Program-made: the position numbers and the translations under genes
DNA from: the human T2T-CHM13v2.0 reference genome, Homo sapiens
Strand: one strand, 5' to 3'
Assembly (NCBI RefSeq): GCF_009914755.1
Contig: NC_060940.1
DNA length: 64,000 bases
The notes under the pieces: generated by a model
The model's database searches: none
What the model saw: only the letters and a program-made list of their open reading frames with translations
Told to the model about the DNA's origin: nothing
Part shown: positions 1 through 17,675 of the stretch, piece by piece
How positions within the stretch are numbered: the stretch's first letter is position 1
Layout: the number at the start of each line of letters is the position of its first letter

Positions 1-202
1 GCAATCCCAGCTCAAGAAGGCTGTGCTGGGGCAGGGAGCAAGGGACATGGCTGTCTGACACTGTGGCCTCGGGCCACACCCGCTGCTTGAATGTCTCGGG
101 TCCAAACCTAGATGTGCTATAAGCGTGAAAGACGCAGCAGTGTTCAAAGACTTGGTTGATTTTTTTAAATTTTAAAATCTCAAATTTTAAACTACTATTT
201 TA

Positions 203-503
<301 letters not shown>

Positions 504-504
504 T

Positions 505-760
505 TAGAAATAATTATAGATTCAACAGAAAGTTGCAAAGACAGTGCACAGAGGTCCAATATACCCTGCACCAAGTTTCCCTGTGGTTCTAACTCACCTA
601 ATCCAAACTGGGAAAGAGACATTGATGCAATCAATGTGTGTGTCCAATTCTGTCATTTCCCCACGAGGGTAGTAGAGTCGTGTGACCATCACTACAAAAC
701 ACAACTATTCCATCTATGCTGAAGATACAGAAGTGTTCCATCACCACGATGATCTCTTCC
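505..760 (-). mobile_element. Old L1M 3' fragment
   Basis: aaataattatagattc..aagttgcaaagacagtgcacagagg..ataccctgcacc pattern typical of antisense L1MC/MD/ME ends. Confidence 0.55.
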
Positions 761-1256
761 ATGTTGCCCCAAAATAATTGTGAAATAGAAATTCCATGTA
801 GAAATAGTATTTTGGCTATATTAGGTTCAAAGCATATTAATGTTACCATTTCTCGTTTTAAAACATGAACAATGAAAACCTTAGAATCGCACACAGGGCT
901 TGTGTTCTACCTCCATTGTCTGTATTTGGATGTTGGACAGCACCGGCTCCGAAGTTCAGACCACAGCTCGGCTGCTTTGGATGGGTTAATTAACCTCCCT
1001 GAGCTAGGCTCCGTGGGAGTAGACCAGACCTGTAAGAGTCACTGTTCGGCACACTTGAGTGCCTATGTGCTGGGCATCACGTAAAGGCAGGGGACACAGG
1101 AGGCAGCGAGAGAGACCATGTCCTCCAGAGGGAGAGGAGATGCCCCATAAAGGCTCACACATGGGCTAGTAGTGAGAAGGGTCAGTCCACCAGCACCGCC
1201 AGGCAGAGTGGGGACCCAGAAGGGGTTAAATAAAAACAGCAAGGGAGAGGACTTAA

Positions 1257-1770
<514 letters not shown>

Positions 1771-2268
1771 TGAAAATAATAAAAATACTGCTACATGCAG
1801 CCCCTGTTCCCCTAGAGAACTCGACCGCCAGCTGGGAACTGATACCAGGCCCCACGAGACCCATCCCCCAGGGCCCGTCCCAGAGGTACTCAGCCCCAGG
1901 CGCTGGAAAGCTTTTCCAAAGAGATTATGAAAAACGTCTAATATGCGGAAAACCAGACTAAAAAAACAAGCCCTCTTTATACCCACCACCCAGACTCAGC
2001 CATTGCTAACATTCTGCCCTTTCCTACTGTTCGTTGGAATGTTCGAAGTGGGTCAATTCTGACATTTAAGCTTTCAACATATTTGACGCATTTTTTAAAA
2101 AATGATGCCGTTGTACTAACCACAGAACTGTCAATGCATCTAACAACATTAACAATCATTTTGTCATAGAACCTGAGCGTCAATTGCTGGACTCTGGTTG
2201 GTAATGCAGAGTCTCCCGGCTTTACCCCAGACCTCCTGAATCAGAATCCGCACCTTCACAAGGCCTGA

Positions 2269-3315
<1,047 letters not shown>

Positions 3316-3504
3316 CAGTCCCTATCCAAAGTTCACCTGTGGTTTTCTTAAAAATACCCATAGCGGAGCCCACACTAACGATTCCGATGTCCCAGGTCTG
3401 GGCGGGGCTCAGGTGTGGGTGCTTTTAAAACTGAGACTACACTGCAGGCAAGGCCAGCGTGGAGTCACGAAGCTGCTCTCCTGGTTAACCAGGAAACAGC
3501 AGCC

Positions 3505-3970
3505 AGGTGGTGTAGGGCGCCTGAGGACAGTCACTGAAGTGTACCTGAGAAGGTGGGGATGACCCTGGATGGCAGATGCACGCGGATGCATGTTCCGAGC
3601 TAGGGAATCTGGGTTGGCCAACCCCGAGATCCGTTCCTTGTCTATGAGACACATCTGAGCCTCAGTTCCCTCTCCCCGACCCCAACCCCAGCCTGGCCCG
3701 TGGAACACGAGCTGTACAGGAGGTTGAGGCCCTGAGTTTTTGGTTAAATGCAGGTTGCCAGGTGGAGGCCGTTAGGGGGAGGGGGTTAAATGAAAATGCT
3801 GGGTAAACTGCACGATGTTTGCAGACGGCCGTGGCTCTCCTGTGCAGCCCGCTCTCCCCTGTCCGTACGCCGCAGTAAAACCTGTGTCTCGTTCACTGTC
3901 TCTGAGTCTCTTTGTTGGCCTCTTGAACCTGGTGCCTTCCCTATTGAGGTTAATAGGGGTTTCGGCACAA
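3505..3970 (+). mobile_element. ERV solo LTR (LTR47-like)
   Basis: gttccgagctagggaatc..ttccttgtctatgag and 3' end ggcctcttgaacctggtgccttccctattgaggttaataggggt; subfamily from memory. Confidence 0.6.
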
Positions 3971-4094
3971 AGGATGGACCCTCATCTGCCGCCTGCTGTT
4001 TTGCGGGGAAAGGGTAGTAAGTTATTTGGAGAGAGAAATACCCAACACCAGGGCTGGAACCCCGGCAGCTCTGGTCCTCAATGTGGGTTTTGAC

Positions 4095-4235
4095 TCACAG
4101 CAGCCCCTTAGGAACTTGTTAAACTACAAAAATCCTCAAGCCGCACACACAGCTCTTGGGTCAGAGATTCCTGGAGTGGGCTGCTGACTGCATTTTGAGG
4201 AGCCGTCCTGGGGGCTCCGATGCAGGCTTGAGAGT
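4095..4235. mobile_element. MER5-like DNA transposon
   Basis: cagcagc..ggaacttgttaaa..aatcctcaagcc..tcagagattc..ctgcatttt motif. Confidence 0.6.
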
Positions 4236-5724
4236 GAGAACCCGGACGAGAAGACGTGCAGGCCCCACGCTGTGTGCACTCAGGCAGCCCCCGGACCAAC
4301 CCACAGGGGTTTCAGTGTGATCAGCTCTGTCTACAACAAGGTGTAAAGAAACAAAATCCCACAACCACAGCCCCTGACCTGGGAGTTTCCTTCATCATCC
4401 GCAAACACAGTAACATTTTCAAAAAGTCCTAAAGACTTAAGAAAAAGGCAACTTCCTCTCCACCTCCTCCAGACCTGCTCCCTGGAGGCAACCGCCACGA
4501 GAAGCTTCCCGTGGATTTTCCCAAAGTTCTAGAGGTGCATATTCACCTCCACCTACAGCCTTTAAACATGGACACACGGGAAGCAGACGACTGTCTTACT
4601 CCTTGACTTTTTTCTCGTTTAACAATATATTAGGAGCTCACGCCAATCTACGTTTTCCTAACCTGCCACTGTCTAAGTCAATAATAATTTATTGAGCCAA
4701 TTCCCGTTGAGAGGCACTTCAGTTGCTCCGTCTTTTGCTTTTATGTACAACACTTGTTTAACATCCTAGTATGCACATCTTCCTACATACAGATGGCTAA
4801 ATATTGTTCCCAGACTGTGGGTTTCATAGGCAAGTTAAAACATCAAGAGAGTAATCCAAAGCTGTCTCTTATTTCACCCACTAAGGATATTTAAAAGAAA
4901 AAAAAAAGTAATACCCTTTATCATTGCCTGTTTCACAAAATAAAGTCATTTTAACCTAAACCTTAGAAAAGACAGATTCAAAAAACCAAAGTGAACACAT
5001 CGCTTTCTCACGTGACCAGGGATCTGCAGCTCTCCAACACGGTTCTTCAAAGGAAAAGGGGAGATGAGATGAGTAGCACGCCCAAGCCCCCACCAGCTGT
5101 AGCTGCTCCCCCTCCCGCCTCCCAAGGGCACAATTCTGTAAGAGGAACTCCTACCGCCTCCCTCCATCCTGTCTGCAATTATATCGCCCTGATTTCCCAG
5201 GCTCTTCTAATTTAGAGTGAGCATGTCCATTCTCATTGGGTGCTTGGAGAAGGTAATTCCATCCAGGTGCCTAATGAGACCAGCAGGCCACTGGACAGCT
5301 GTCGGGTTTTCAAAGAAATCTGTTAGCAGGTGCTCACCAAGCAAATAAACTTCTCGGCTCTATGAAATGCCAATTGCTCTGCAATTCCAAGGCAAAGTGG
5401 TTCCTATTACCCAGGTGTTACCATGGCTGGAAAACAGGACGGAGCTGCCCAGGTCAGGACTTGCCCCCACTCCATCATAGGTGCCTCTTGAGGGTTTGTG
5501 GAGCGGTACGCTTGCTCGCAACCCCATACCAACCAAGGCCTGGTCCCAAGCCAACAGGGCTGGCATCACCTGGAGCCAGAATCTGCATTTTAACCAGGTG
5601 ACTCACATCCACATTGAAGTTTGAGAAGCACCAGCTTAAACAGAGCTATACTGAGACCAAGCCAGGCAGCAGGGGTCACACTGTGAAACTGGGAGGAGTG
5701 CCTCGTCAGGCAGCTGACTGGAAA

Positions 5725-5900
5725 GCTGACTCTGCCACCTCTGTTTGTGCGACATTGAGTAGACATTTTGTCTCTCTGGGCTTCAGGCTCCTCGTCTGTA
5801 AAATGGGAGTAAGGACAGGACCTGCCTCACGGGATGCTCTGAGGATGAAATACGCTAATGAATGTAAGGCGCAGGGCCTGGCACAGCACCAGGAGCTCTA
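5725..5900 (+). mobile_element. MIR
   Basis: ctctgccac..ctctctgggcttcagg..tctgtaaaatggg core. Confidence 0.8.
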
Positions 5901-6040
5901 AACACGTGGGTGGTTCCTTCCCCTGCCTCTTCCAGTAGAAAGGCTCAGGTTCCTCCAAAGGCCACTGTCTCAGCCTTGATCATCCTAGAAACCCACAAAG
6001 ATGTGGCATGTCTATTTTATGTTCTTAAGACCCTGAGTAC

Positions 6041-6369
<329 letters not shown>

Positions 6370-6438
6370 TAGTTATATGACTGTCCTGGGAGGCAGTTAA
6401 ACACACAAATGTCTGGGGCTCAGTCCCAAGCAGCCTGA

Positions 6439-6849
<411 letters not shown>

Positions 6850-6857
6850 TAAGACCT

Positions 6858-7015
6858 CACTGCTCAGAGGGTGATCCGGGACCAGCAGCACCGGCGTCGC
6901 TAGACAGCCTGTTAGGAAGGCAGCCTCCGGCCGCCAGGACCTACTGAATCGGAATCCGCATTTTAACAAGATCCTGGGAGACTCGTGTGCACCTTAAAGC
7001 TGACTAGGCGCTGCC
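6858..7015. mobile_element. MER5A/B
   Basis: gaccagcagc..gacctactgaatcggaatccgcattttaacaagatcc. Confidence 0.75.
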
Positions 7016-7174
7016 CAAGGATGTCCCTGACCCAGGCTTGGAGGTGATGAGGGGACCCTTGGCGCTCTTGGGTATGGGCACTCCCAGCCCTCCATCTGCC
7101 TAGCCCCTTCTTCGGGGACCGGTATTGGAGCTCAAGCTCCAGGGCTAGAGCTTGATTTCTTCTGGAATAGATCT

Positions 7175-7926
<752 letters not shown>

Positions 7927-8363
7927 GGCCTACTCTGCGGCTCACACCTGTGAGTATTCAAGTCACTGTTCTCCAGGCAGTTTTACATCTGTTTGGTCTC
8001 TTTTCTTCTCCGGAAGGAAGAAAGGTTGTGTCCTCCTTTAAAGAGATTTCAGCCCTCTGCCAGTTGGCAGGGAGGCTGTGTGCATTCCCATGACTGGCTG
8101 ACAACCCCGGTGACAGCTTTTTACACTCACCAGGAAACAGAGGGCAGAAAGGGGCAGCTAGGGGGCTGGAGCTCAGCAGCTCCCGCCTCGAAAGGACACC
8201 ATGTGGGCACCACAGCCGGATGGCCCACAGAATGGGGGGAGCATCCTTTGGCCTTCAGACACAGCCCTACCCGCAGTCCTGCAGATTTCACGGACTAATC
8301 TGGGGCACCAACACCCAGGGGAGGCCACCAGGAAATGATCTGGCCCTGAATAAAAGAACGTTT

Positions 8364-8675
<312 letters not shown>

Positions 8676-9425
8676 TCATCTGGCTGTGCTTTTTGAACCC
8701 TCTAACACCTGACGCTAAGGGACCTGGGGGTTGGGTTGATGAGACCCACAGAATGGGAGGGTCCATGGCCCTGGTGAGCAGGCTTCAGGCAGCCTCAGAG
8801 CTCGCCTGAGCTGAGACACACACATGGATGCACAGACTTTGATAGCACACGCTGTCGACCGCAGCCAACAGCTAGTTGAGTCAAAAGATCAGATCTCCTG
8901 TTGCTCTTGTTGTGGCCAGCAGCCCTGAGCCCCGCTGCCCTGCTGCCAGGATCTCGTGGGATGCTTAGACAAGCCCGGCTGCCAGGGCTGCTCCCAGACC
9001 GGCTGAGTGGCAAGCTCTGGGAGATGGGGTGCAGGCACCGGGGGTTCCAATGACCAGCAGCACCAAGAACCACTGGTATGTAACTATAATCTGTTGTCAC
9101 ACCGGCGGGAGCTTTGGGAAGACATGGGGCCTTGTGGCACCAAAGGGCAGCTTTAGGAACCTGCAGGTCTAGGTGGTTCCCATGTGGCAGCCTGTTTGAA
9201 ACAGTGTTGAAAGTGCTTCCATCCTATGGGTCCCCCTGCAGCCCTCAGCCTGGGACCCCCTCCTCACCTTACCCCAGCTCCAATAACAGAATCCATCCCT
9301 CTTTTTGGGCTACTGTGTCTGTGTTCTTGGGTTTGTGGTGGCCATGGGGGTGCACGGCTCAGATCTCCCTGCAAGACAGAATCTGGTGGTGTCCCGGCTC
9401 CCAGCCAATGTGAGACAGGGCATGG

Positions 9426-9587
9426 CTCCTAGAGCCCGGCCACTCCGCCCCCTCCACTCAGTCCTCTCCTAGAGCCTGGCCACTCCGCCCCCTCCGCTCA
9501 GTCCTCTCCTAGAGCCCGGCCACTCCGCCCCCTCCACTCAGTCCTCTCCTAGAGCCCGGCCACTCCGCCCCCTCCGCTCAGTCCTCT
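9426..9587. repeat. Minisatellite, 4 x 40 bp
   Basis: Unit ctcctagagcc(c/t)ggccactccgccccctcc(a/g)ctcagtcct at 9426, 9466, 9506, 9546. Confidence 0.97.
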
Positions 9588-10159
9588 TTATTCTGGGCTC
9601 CCCGACTTTCTCATTGCTGCTCTGCAGGCTGAGGCTCTTCCCCGCTCCCAAACTGCCATCCTCCCTCCCCCTCCGCTCTGTCAGTGTCAGACACGTCCCA
9701 CGGCTGAAGCCCTTCAGCACCCACTCCTCTCCCCAGTTCCTCGACCCACATGGGCATTACATCCAGTACATTGCTGGCACATCTAACTCCCACTCGGGAT
9801 TCGAATCTGTTTCCCATGAGACTGGAACTGGCAAAGAGTGGTTTCTAGCTCAGAACTCATAATGTGTGCTTGCCCCCAAATCTAGGAATGGGATTCCAAA
9901 GACATGTAACAAGCGTCCTCGGTGCTCACACGTGGCCCCAGAGGCCCACGCCAAGCAGCAGCCTGCCCAGCGTGGGCCTCCAACACCTCTTCCTCACCCC
10001 TGCATGACCTCCTCTTCCGTGGATCTTTCCACGGCACTCTCCCTGATGTCAACATAAGCTGCTACCTGATCAGAGCCACCAGGATCCCAGACCTGCCAAA
10101 CCGTTCATCCATTCACCAGCCCTACTTGGAAGCTCAGAGGACATGGAGACGTGTTAACT

Positions 10160-10820
<661 letters not shown>

Positions 10821-12029
10821 TGTTTGTTAATATTTTTGTCCCTGCCCCAAGGACACCAGCGTAATGGTTAAGATACTTTACCCTCACAACTCACTTTCTG
10901 CATTACTACTAAGCATCCCTTGGTTGTGGAAATGAAGGTCCAGGGAACGGGTGGCCATTTGCTCAGAAGAACCTAAGAGGGGAGCTTTCAGAGCCCCTGC
11001 CTCCAGAAACTGCCTCGAAGGCTCTCTGACCCCATCTCTTCTCCCTGAGCCTATCCTTGAAAATCACAACAGCCGCAAGTGATCAGGCCTCCCACCGCAG
11101 CCCTGTGTGCAGGGCAGTGTCTCCGCTCCAGACTGGAGGAGGGGTGTTTCCTTCTGCTCTTCCATCTCCTTCCTGCAGCCACGTGGACCCCGCCTCTGCT
11201 GCTGCCTTTTGTCTGGCAGCACCAGCCGGGCTAACGGTCTAAGCAGATTTCGTGCAAATCCCCGTCAGAAAGCACAAATCCACCCGGTCAGCACAACCAG
11301 GCAAGGGCTCCCCCTGCACACACGACAAGGAAGGGGGACCTTTCTCCCGCTCAGGAGAGTCATGTGATGCTTCGGGAAGGGGCAAACGGGTCCAAGCCTC
11401 AGCACACACCCACAGTGGAGGCCACAGCCTCGGAGAGCCCCGGGCGGACTGTTTTCTTTGTTAGGACTTAGAGTTCCCAAAGTCCTTCCAGTCCCTCTGC
11501 CAATCCCACTGTGGAGATGACAATTCCAGCCGCTCGTCAGCCCACAAGCTGGAAAACAGGAAAAGACGGTGGCTATTATTTTTGAGACTATGTTATTAAT
11601 GACTCCGAGGGCTTTCCAATGGTGGCAGGCGGCCACGCTCACGGAAGCAGGGTGAGTCCTGGGATGTTTGATGTGCCCGTGTGAATCTTGGATGACGTGG
11701 TTAGAAGGAAGAGAAAAGACTCTCAGATTGAGCTACTTGCTGCTTTTGAGTCAGTATTTCTTTGAATGCTCAGAGGCCTCTTGCGGAGAAGAACGACGCC
11801 TGATTTCACAGGCGTGAAAATGAATGCTCAGGAAGATCCAGCAACTTGCCCAAGGGCACACAGCGAGGGGGGGCCGGGGCGGGCAGGGTGGGCAGGGACT
11901 CCAGCTGAGCCTCCTGGCTCTAAGCAGAGCAGACTGCTTGGCAGGGCACCCAGGAACAGATTAAGAGAATTTTCCAACAAAGTTCCGTTCTTTGAGCCAA
12001 TGTGGATTTGTTATCTTAAAATATGTTAA

Positions 12030-12270
12030 TAGCAGGCATGCGCATTGCTCTATGTGCCAAGCACTATTCTAAGGCCTTTACCAGCAGTGACTTATGTCAT
12101 CATCTCCACAATTTGATGAAGCAAGCTCAGGTATTATGCAAATATTATATATGAGGAAATCAAGGCACAGAAAGGTGGTCTGACTTGCTCGAAATCACAC
12201 AGGAGGGGAGGAGCTGGGGGCTCACACCTCGGATCTAACTCCAGAATTGATGTCCTCAGCCACTGCCCTA
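12030..12270 (-). mobile_element. MIR
   Basis: atgaggaaatcaaggcacagaaaggt..tgacttgctcgaaatcacac. Confidence 0.7.
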
Positions 12271-12957
12271 GATCACAGAGAACAGAAAGGAGACACCAAG
12301 AAAAGAGAAGTGGGTTGGGCTGATGCCCAAGGTCACTCACTGAATCACATGACAGAGCAGAAATCCTGAAGGCCTGTGCGTGGGGCAGCTCGTTGTAAAG
12401 TGCTCCCCATCAGCCAGAGGCAGCAGAGCGTGGGGACAAAGAGCTGGGGCCAAGGAGCCACGCTCTGCACATCCACTGGCTGTGTGACCTGAGCCAGCTA
12501 TCTAACTAGCCTCACTCTCCCCATCTGTAAGATGTGGGTGGGTGACACCTGCTTCAGACTTTGGGCACCTAACGAACAAGAGCTCCTAGGACAGTGCCCG
12601 CTCTTCCTAAGGGCGCAACAGGGCATCTCTCATAGGCCGGTCTTTCTGCCCAGTTCCATACACCTGCCAGACCACCCCCACCTGACCCCTCTTTGAAAGC
12701 TGGAGTGAATTTGCAGGGATGCTGCACCGCCTGCAGAAGCTGCCAAGCTCACTTAGCGCCATCCATATATGGGCCACAGGGGGCTTGTGATTTCTGCCTA
12801 TGGCTTTTGTAAAGGTCATAAAGGGGTCACAACTGTTTCTGTGGGTTACTTCTCTCACTTGGACACCCAAACCCTCGATGTTCATGACTTCAAAGAGGGA
12901 ACTAGTGTTTCAGCTCCTCCCGTGCTGAAACCGTGAGTGTGAAGACTTAGGAGCTAG

Positions 12958-13305
<348 letters not shown>

Positions 13306-13319
13306 GTCATTTCTTTATT

Positions 13320-14015
13320 TTCTCATTCACTCATCCAACAAATCTTTCTGGAGCACCTACTCCTTGCTGGGCACCAGGCTAAGCACTGCCAAAGTGTGGT
13401 GATGGACACGGTTTCTGCCACTCTAAAGGGAAGATACCATCAAACCCCATATTATGCACATAATCCCTTAGTCACAAGTGCTGAGGAGAAAAACACCACA
13501 GGGCCCACAGGGTATATAACAGCTGGATGGCAACCACTCAGGGAGAAGAGGGGCTTCCTGAGGAGGTGAAAGACCAGCTGAGACCTAGGAGATGGAGAGG
13601 AAAAGATGGATGAGGGGAGAGAATGGACATCAGTCCAGGCTATAGGGAGGCCTGGGGAAGGAGAAAGAGCCATGTGGAGAGTCTAAAGGAAGCAGGTGTT
13701 CGTTGTAGAAGAGCAAGCCAGGACAGATGTGGGCAAGACCAGCTCAGGAGGGGCCTGTAGGACCGCGTTCTCAGAGCAATGGGAGGGGCTCACAGGTTTC
13801 AGCAGTAAGTGTCATGCTGAGCTATGCATTGTAGGAAGGTCACTTTGGCTGCTGTATGGGAATAGATGGAAAGAGTGGAACCCAGTGAGGAGGTGTAGGA
13901 TGGCAGGGGCTTTGACTAGAGGGCTGGAAGTGGAAGGGAGCTGGACTCGGTGCCATCAAGATGCCTCCTGGGTTTCTGGAATGTACATCTGGGAATGTAG
14001 CGGGGTCCTTCATTG
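13320..14015 (-). mobile_element. L2 fragment
   Basis: tcattcactcatccaacaaa..gagcacctact..ggcttcctgaggaggtga..ggtcactttggctgctgtatgg. Confidence 0.75.
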
Positions 14016-14534
14016 AGACAGTGACAGGAACGGGTTGTTGTTTTGCAGCTCCCTGTCTACTCAGTTGTTTCTCCACCAGAGTCATCAGATGCAGCCAAAG
14101 CTGCATCAAGTAGCATCTTCAAAGCCTCTGCACTGTATGTAAACCATCAAAATGTGGAGACAGTTGCTATGCTTGAGCAGAGTGCTGGTGATTTGGGACT
14201 GATCCACCACTACATTACAGAGGGCCTGGAGGTCTTGTTATTTGCAAAGCAGAACTCCAGCTTGAACTCTTGACACTTTTAACAGAACCACTGTATCTTT
14301 AGCTCTTGGCATCTGAGTTTCCTTTCCCAAAACTTCTTTCCTGATCAGCAGGGTTATTACAAGTGGCGGTGACGTGCAGTACCTTGATGATGTTTGCCAT
14401 AAGCCTGTGGGAAAGGGCCTATTATTTGCTCTACTTTGCAGTGACAGAAACCAAGGCTCAGAGATGATAATGTCTGGCCCAAGACCATGTGTCTAGTAAG
14501 TAGCAGATCTGGGATTCCAGGACATGCCAACTAC

Positions 14535-14950
14535 TTCCTGTGTGCCCTTCCCCACCCATTCTCGATCTTTCTCTTCTCTGCTCTCCAGCCCGGAAAGCTG
14601 ATCTCTAGGATCTCGTCCCTTAGGCTCCCTTGGATTTGGCCAGTGGGAGGCACTAGCAGGAGCTCAGAGGCTGGCAGGAGACAGAGGCCAGGGCACCCGT
14701 CACCCTCCCCTCAGTGCCACTCACACTGGGTTTGCTTTCAGCAGTGGCTCCATTCTTCTGCTATGGTCTTGGCTCCTGTCTGTAAACCTCATCCCATGCT
14801 GCGTCGCTGGCTCGCAAACTCCCTGACACCATTCTCTCCTCTCACACCTGCTGCAGCTTGCTGGGTGCTCTGGCATCCTGTTCTGGTCCCTCTGACCTGC
14901 CCATCCTCTCTGAAGAGACTCTTCAATCCTCTGGGTGTGTCACCCTTCCC
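14535..14950. mobile_element. LTR33-like ERVL LTR
   Basis: ggatttggccagtgggaggcactagcaggag..gaggctggcaggagacagaggccaggg motif. Confidence 0.65.
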
Positions 14951-15109
14951 TGATGGCATACGCCCATCAGACGGTCATCAGCCACTGAGAAACCTTGAGC
15001 CACACAAGAGAAAGAGTACGGGCTTTGGAGCCAGACAGTCCTGGGTTTCCTCATTGAGCCTCGGTTTCCTCATCTATGCAATGGGCACAGTAAGAGTTGC
15101 CTACCTTCT

Positions 15110-15445
15110 TGTCTTTCAAAGTGTGGTCACAGACCAGGAGCATTAGCATCACCCTCCAGCTTGACAGAAATGCAGGTGGGGCTGAGTGGCATGGCTCACA
15201 CTTGTAGTCCCAGCACTTAGTTAGAGAGGCTGAGGCAGGACAAGTGCTTGAGCCCGGGAGTTTGAGACCAGCCTGGGCAACATAATGAGACCCTGTCTCT
15301 ATAAAACATTTAAAAATTAGCCAGGCAGGGAGAAAAAAAAAGGAAATCCTGACTCTCAGCCCCCAACCTGGGACCTGCTAAATCAGAGTCTACATTTTAA
15401 TGAAATCTCTAAGGAATTCATGTGTACATTAATTTTTGAAAAGGC
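15110..15445. mobile_element. MER5A interrupted by Alu monomer
   Basis: ttcaaagtgtggtcacagacc..agaaatgcag and gacctgctaaatcagagtctacattttaa. Confidence 0.65.
15179..15341 (+). mobile_element. Alu left monomer (FLAM/AluJ)
   Basis: Single-arm Alu sequence. Confidence 0.85.
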
Positions 15446-15526
15446 CAACCCCACCTGAAAAGACTTCCGATTTGGATTAAATAAAATTTAAAGTTCCTGG
15501 TACATTTTGATTTTGATAAAGGTTAA

Positions 15527-15868
<342 letters not shown>

Positions 15869-17119
15869 TAGAAACTTTACCCTCCTCCTGATGTGCCCTC
15901 CTAATAAACCCTGAGGAGCCGGTAGCTGCCTGAGTGCCTGCACTTGACATGCATGATTGCATTTCATCTCACAGTGCCCCTCAAAGTAGAAATGATGGGC
16001 ACCATGCGACAGATGAGGAAACAGATGCTCAGAGATCTTGCCCAAGATATCTGTGGCCAATACACAAGTCAGATGCATGGCTTGTCCCAGTTCACTGTGG
16101 TGGAGGCAGGTCTGGAAACCAAGTCTGTCTGACAGCACAGCCCTTGTTCTCACCAGTACGTTCTGCTCCCTTTGTCGTGAAGCCTGCTGCAGTTTGGGAT
16201 CGGAGTTGGTTCACTGCGTTTCTAAGCATCATGCCTGCTCATGCACTCATTCATTTGCTCATCCATTCACTCCTTCCAAAGGCTGAGAGACGTGGTATCC
16301 TTCCCAGGTGAACAAGTCCCCGGCGCCACCCACACCTCCGCCCCCAGGTCAGTCTTGACACTCCAGATGAACGCACCCTCCAAGCAGACAAGCCAGAACC
16401 TGAACAAAGGAACCCAAAAATGTTACCAACTTGCAAACTGATTGCAACTTGAAAATGTATTGCAGCTTGACATTTATTGAAAATGACTGCAATCTTGGCT
16501 GCTGGGTTTGCATTTTTGGCAAAATGTCCCTTTAGTCCCCTCTGCTTGCTGAAATCCCTCCATTCTGATTCTCTCATTCACAAGCTCAGCCAGGGCACTC
16601 ACTGGGAGGGTGAATGTTAACACAAGCAGTGACCTTTCCAGAAAAGAATGACCATTCGCCTCCGCATTCCCGAGAGGAATTCCCCAGGAGCAGCCGAGGA
16701 ACTTGGTACCATTTCTAAAAGCACATTCTTGGCTGCTTAACATCTCATGTCCATATTTGGGAGTTATTGTGTCTTGTTGCATTCATGTGCGGTTCCCTTT
16801 CAGGGCAAGGCCTCAGCTCCAGGCTATCTGGGTCGTTTCCTGCCTGCGGCCCAGTAGGAAGAGAGTTAGTGGTGGCTTCTGACAATCTCCATAGGAGGGA
16901 TGTTAGAGCCAAGGCCAGGGCAGGAAGGAAGCTGCCAGCTAAGCGGCTACTGGAAACTCCCGCTGAGGATGCGGCACCAGGAACACAACCTTATGACTGT
17001 CAGAACATCATAGCTGCACATTCATTTGGCAAAATTTAGAAGCGTGTTTATTTTTTTTCCTTATGAAAGTAACATAACCACCTTCCAGAAGAGAGAAGCA
17101 AGAAACCTCACACAGATTA

Positions 17120-17675
17120 TGCTGGGAGTCCCGAAGACCACCCTCACATTCATAGATTTGCTAAAAGAATTCATATGGGCTTCGGCATATTCAGGTAGCT
17201 GTATGTGTGGCTAAGATTTATTTACAACAGTGCAGTAAGGATACACAATCAGCTCAAAAGGCGAAACCGTAGAGTTGGAGTCTGCAGGAGTCCATTATGA
17301 GGCTCTCTCACGCCCTCCCCTCCCCAAGAAGGGTTGCACAGAGCACATTCCGTCCCCATCAACAAAAATGCAGCTGTGTGTCTGCAAGGCTTCTGTCCAA
17401 GGAAGCCCATGAGAGACTCAGCACCCCAGAGTTTTTCTAAGGGCTGGTCAGTTGGCACCTTCTTCTTAGCAGGTACCAAATTCCCAGCTCCCGAAGGGAA
17501 GCACGTGTTTAGCACGAACCACATTGTTTGTGGTCTAAGCACAGTGAACCACTTTTATCATTTAGGAAACAGCTCAAGTGCCAAGTTCCCAGACACCAGC
17601 CAAGAGTCAACCTAGCAAGCAGGTCTTCCGAAAGATAGCAGTCTCAAGCCTGCTATACTAACTTCTGTCTGCACA
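17120..17675 (-). mobile_element. ERVL solo LTR (MER68/MER21 group)
   Basis: Minus strand starts tgtgcagacagaagttagtatagcaggcttgagactgctatc; other end cccgaagaccaccctca. Confidence 0.7.

Noticed and set aside
9426-9587. Regular repeats resembling a CRISPR array
   Set aside because: Head-to-tail units with no unique spacers, no cas genes, eukaryotic DNA.
14487-15146. 219-aa ORF, the longest outside simple repeats
   Set aside because: Runs across MIR, LTR33-like and MER5 remnants; no recognisable domain or codon pattern.
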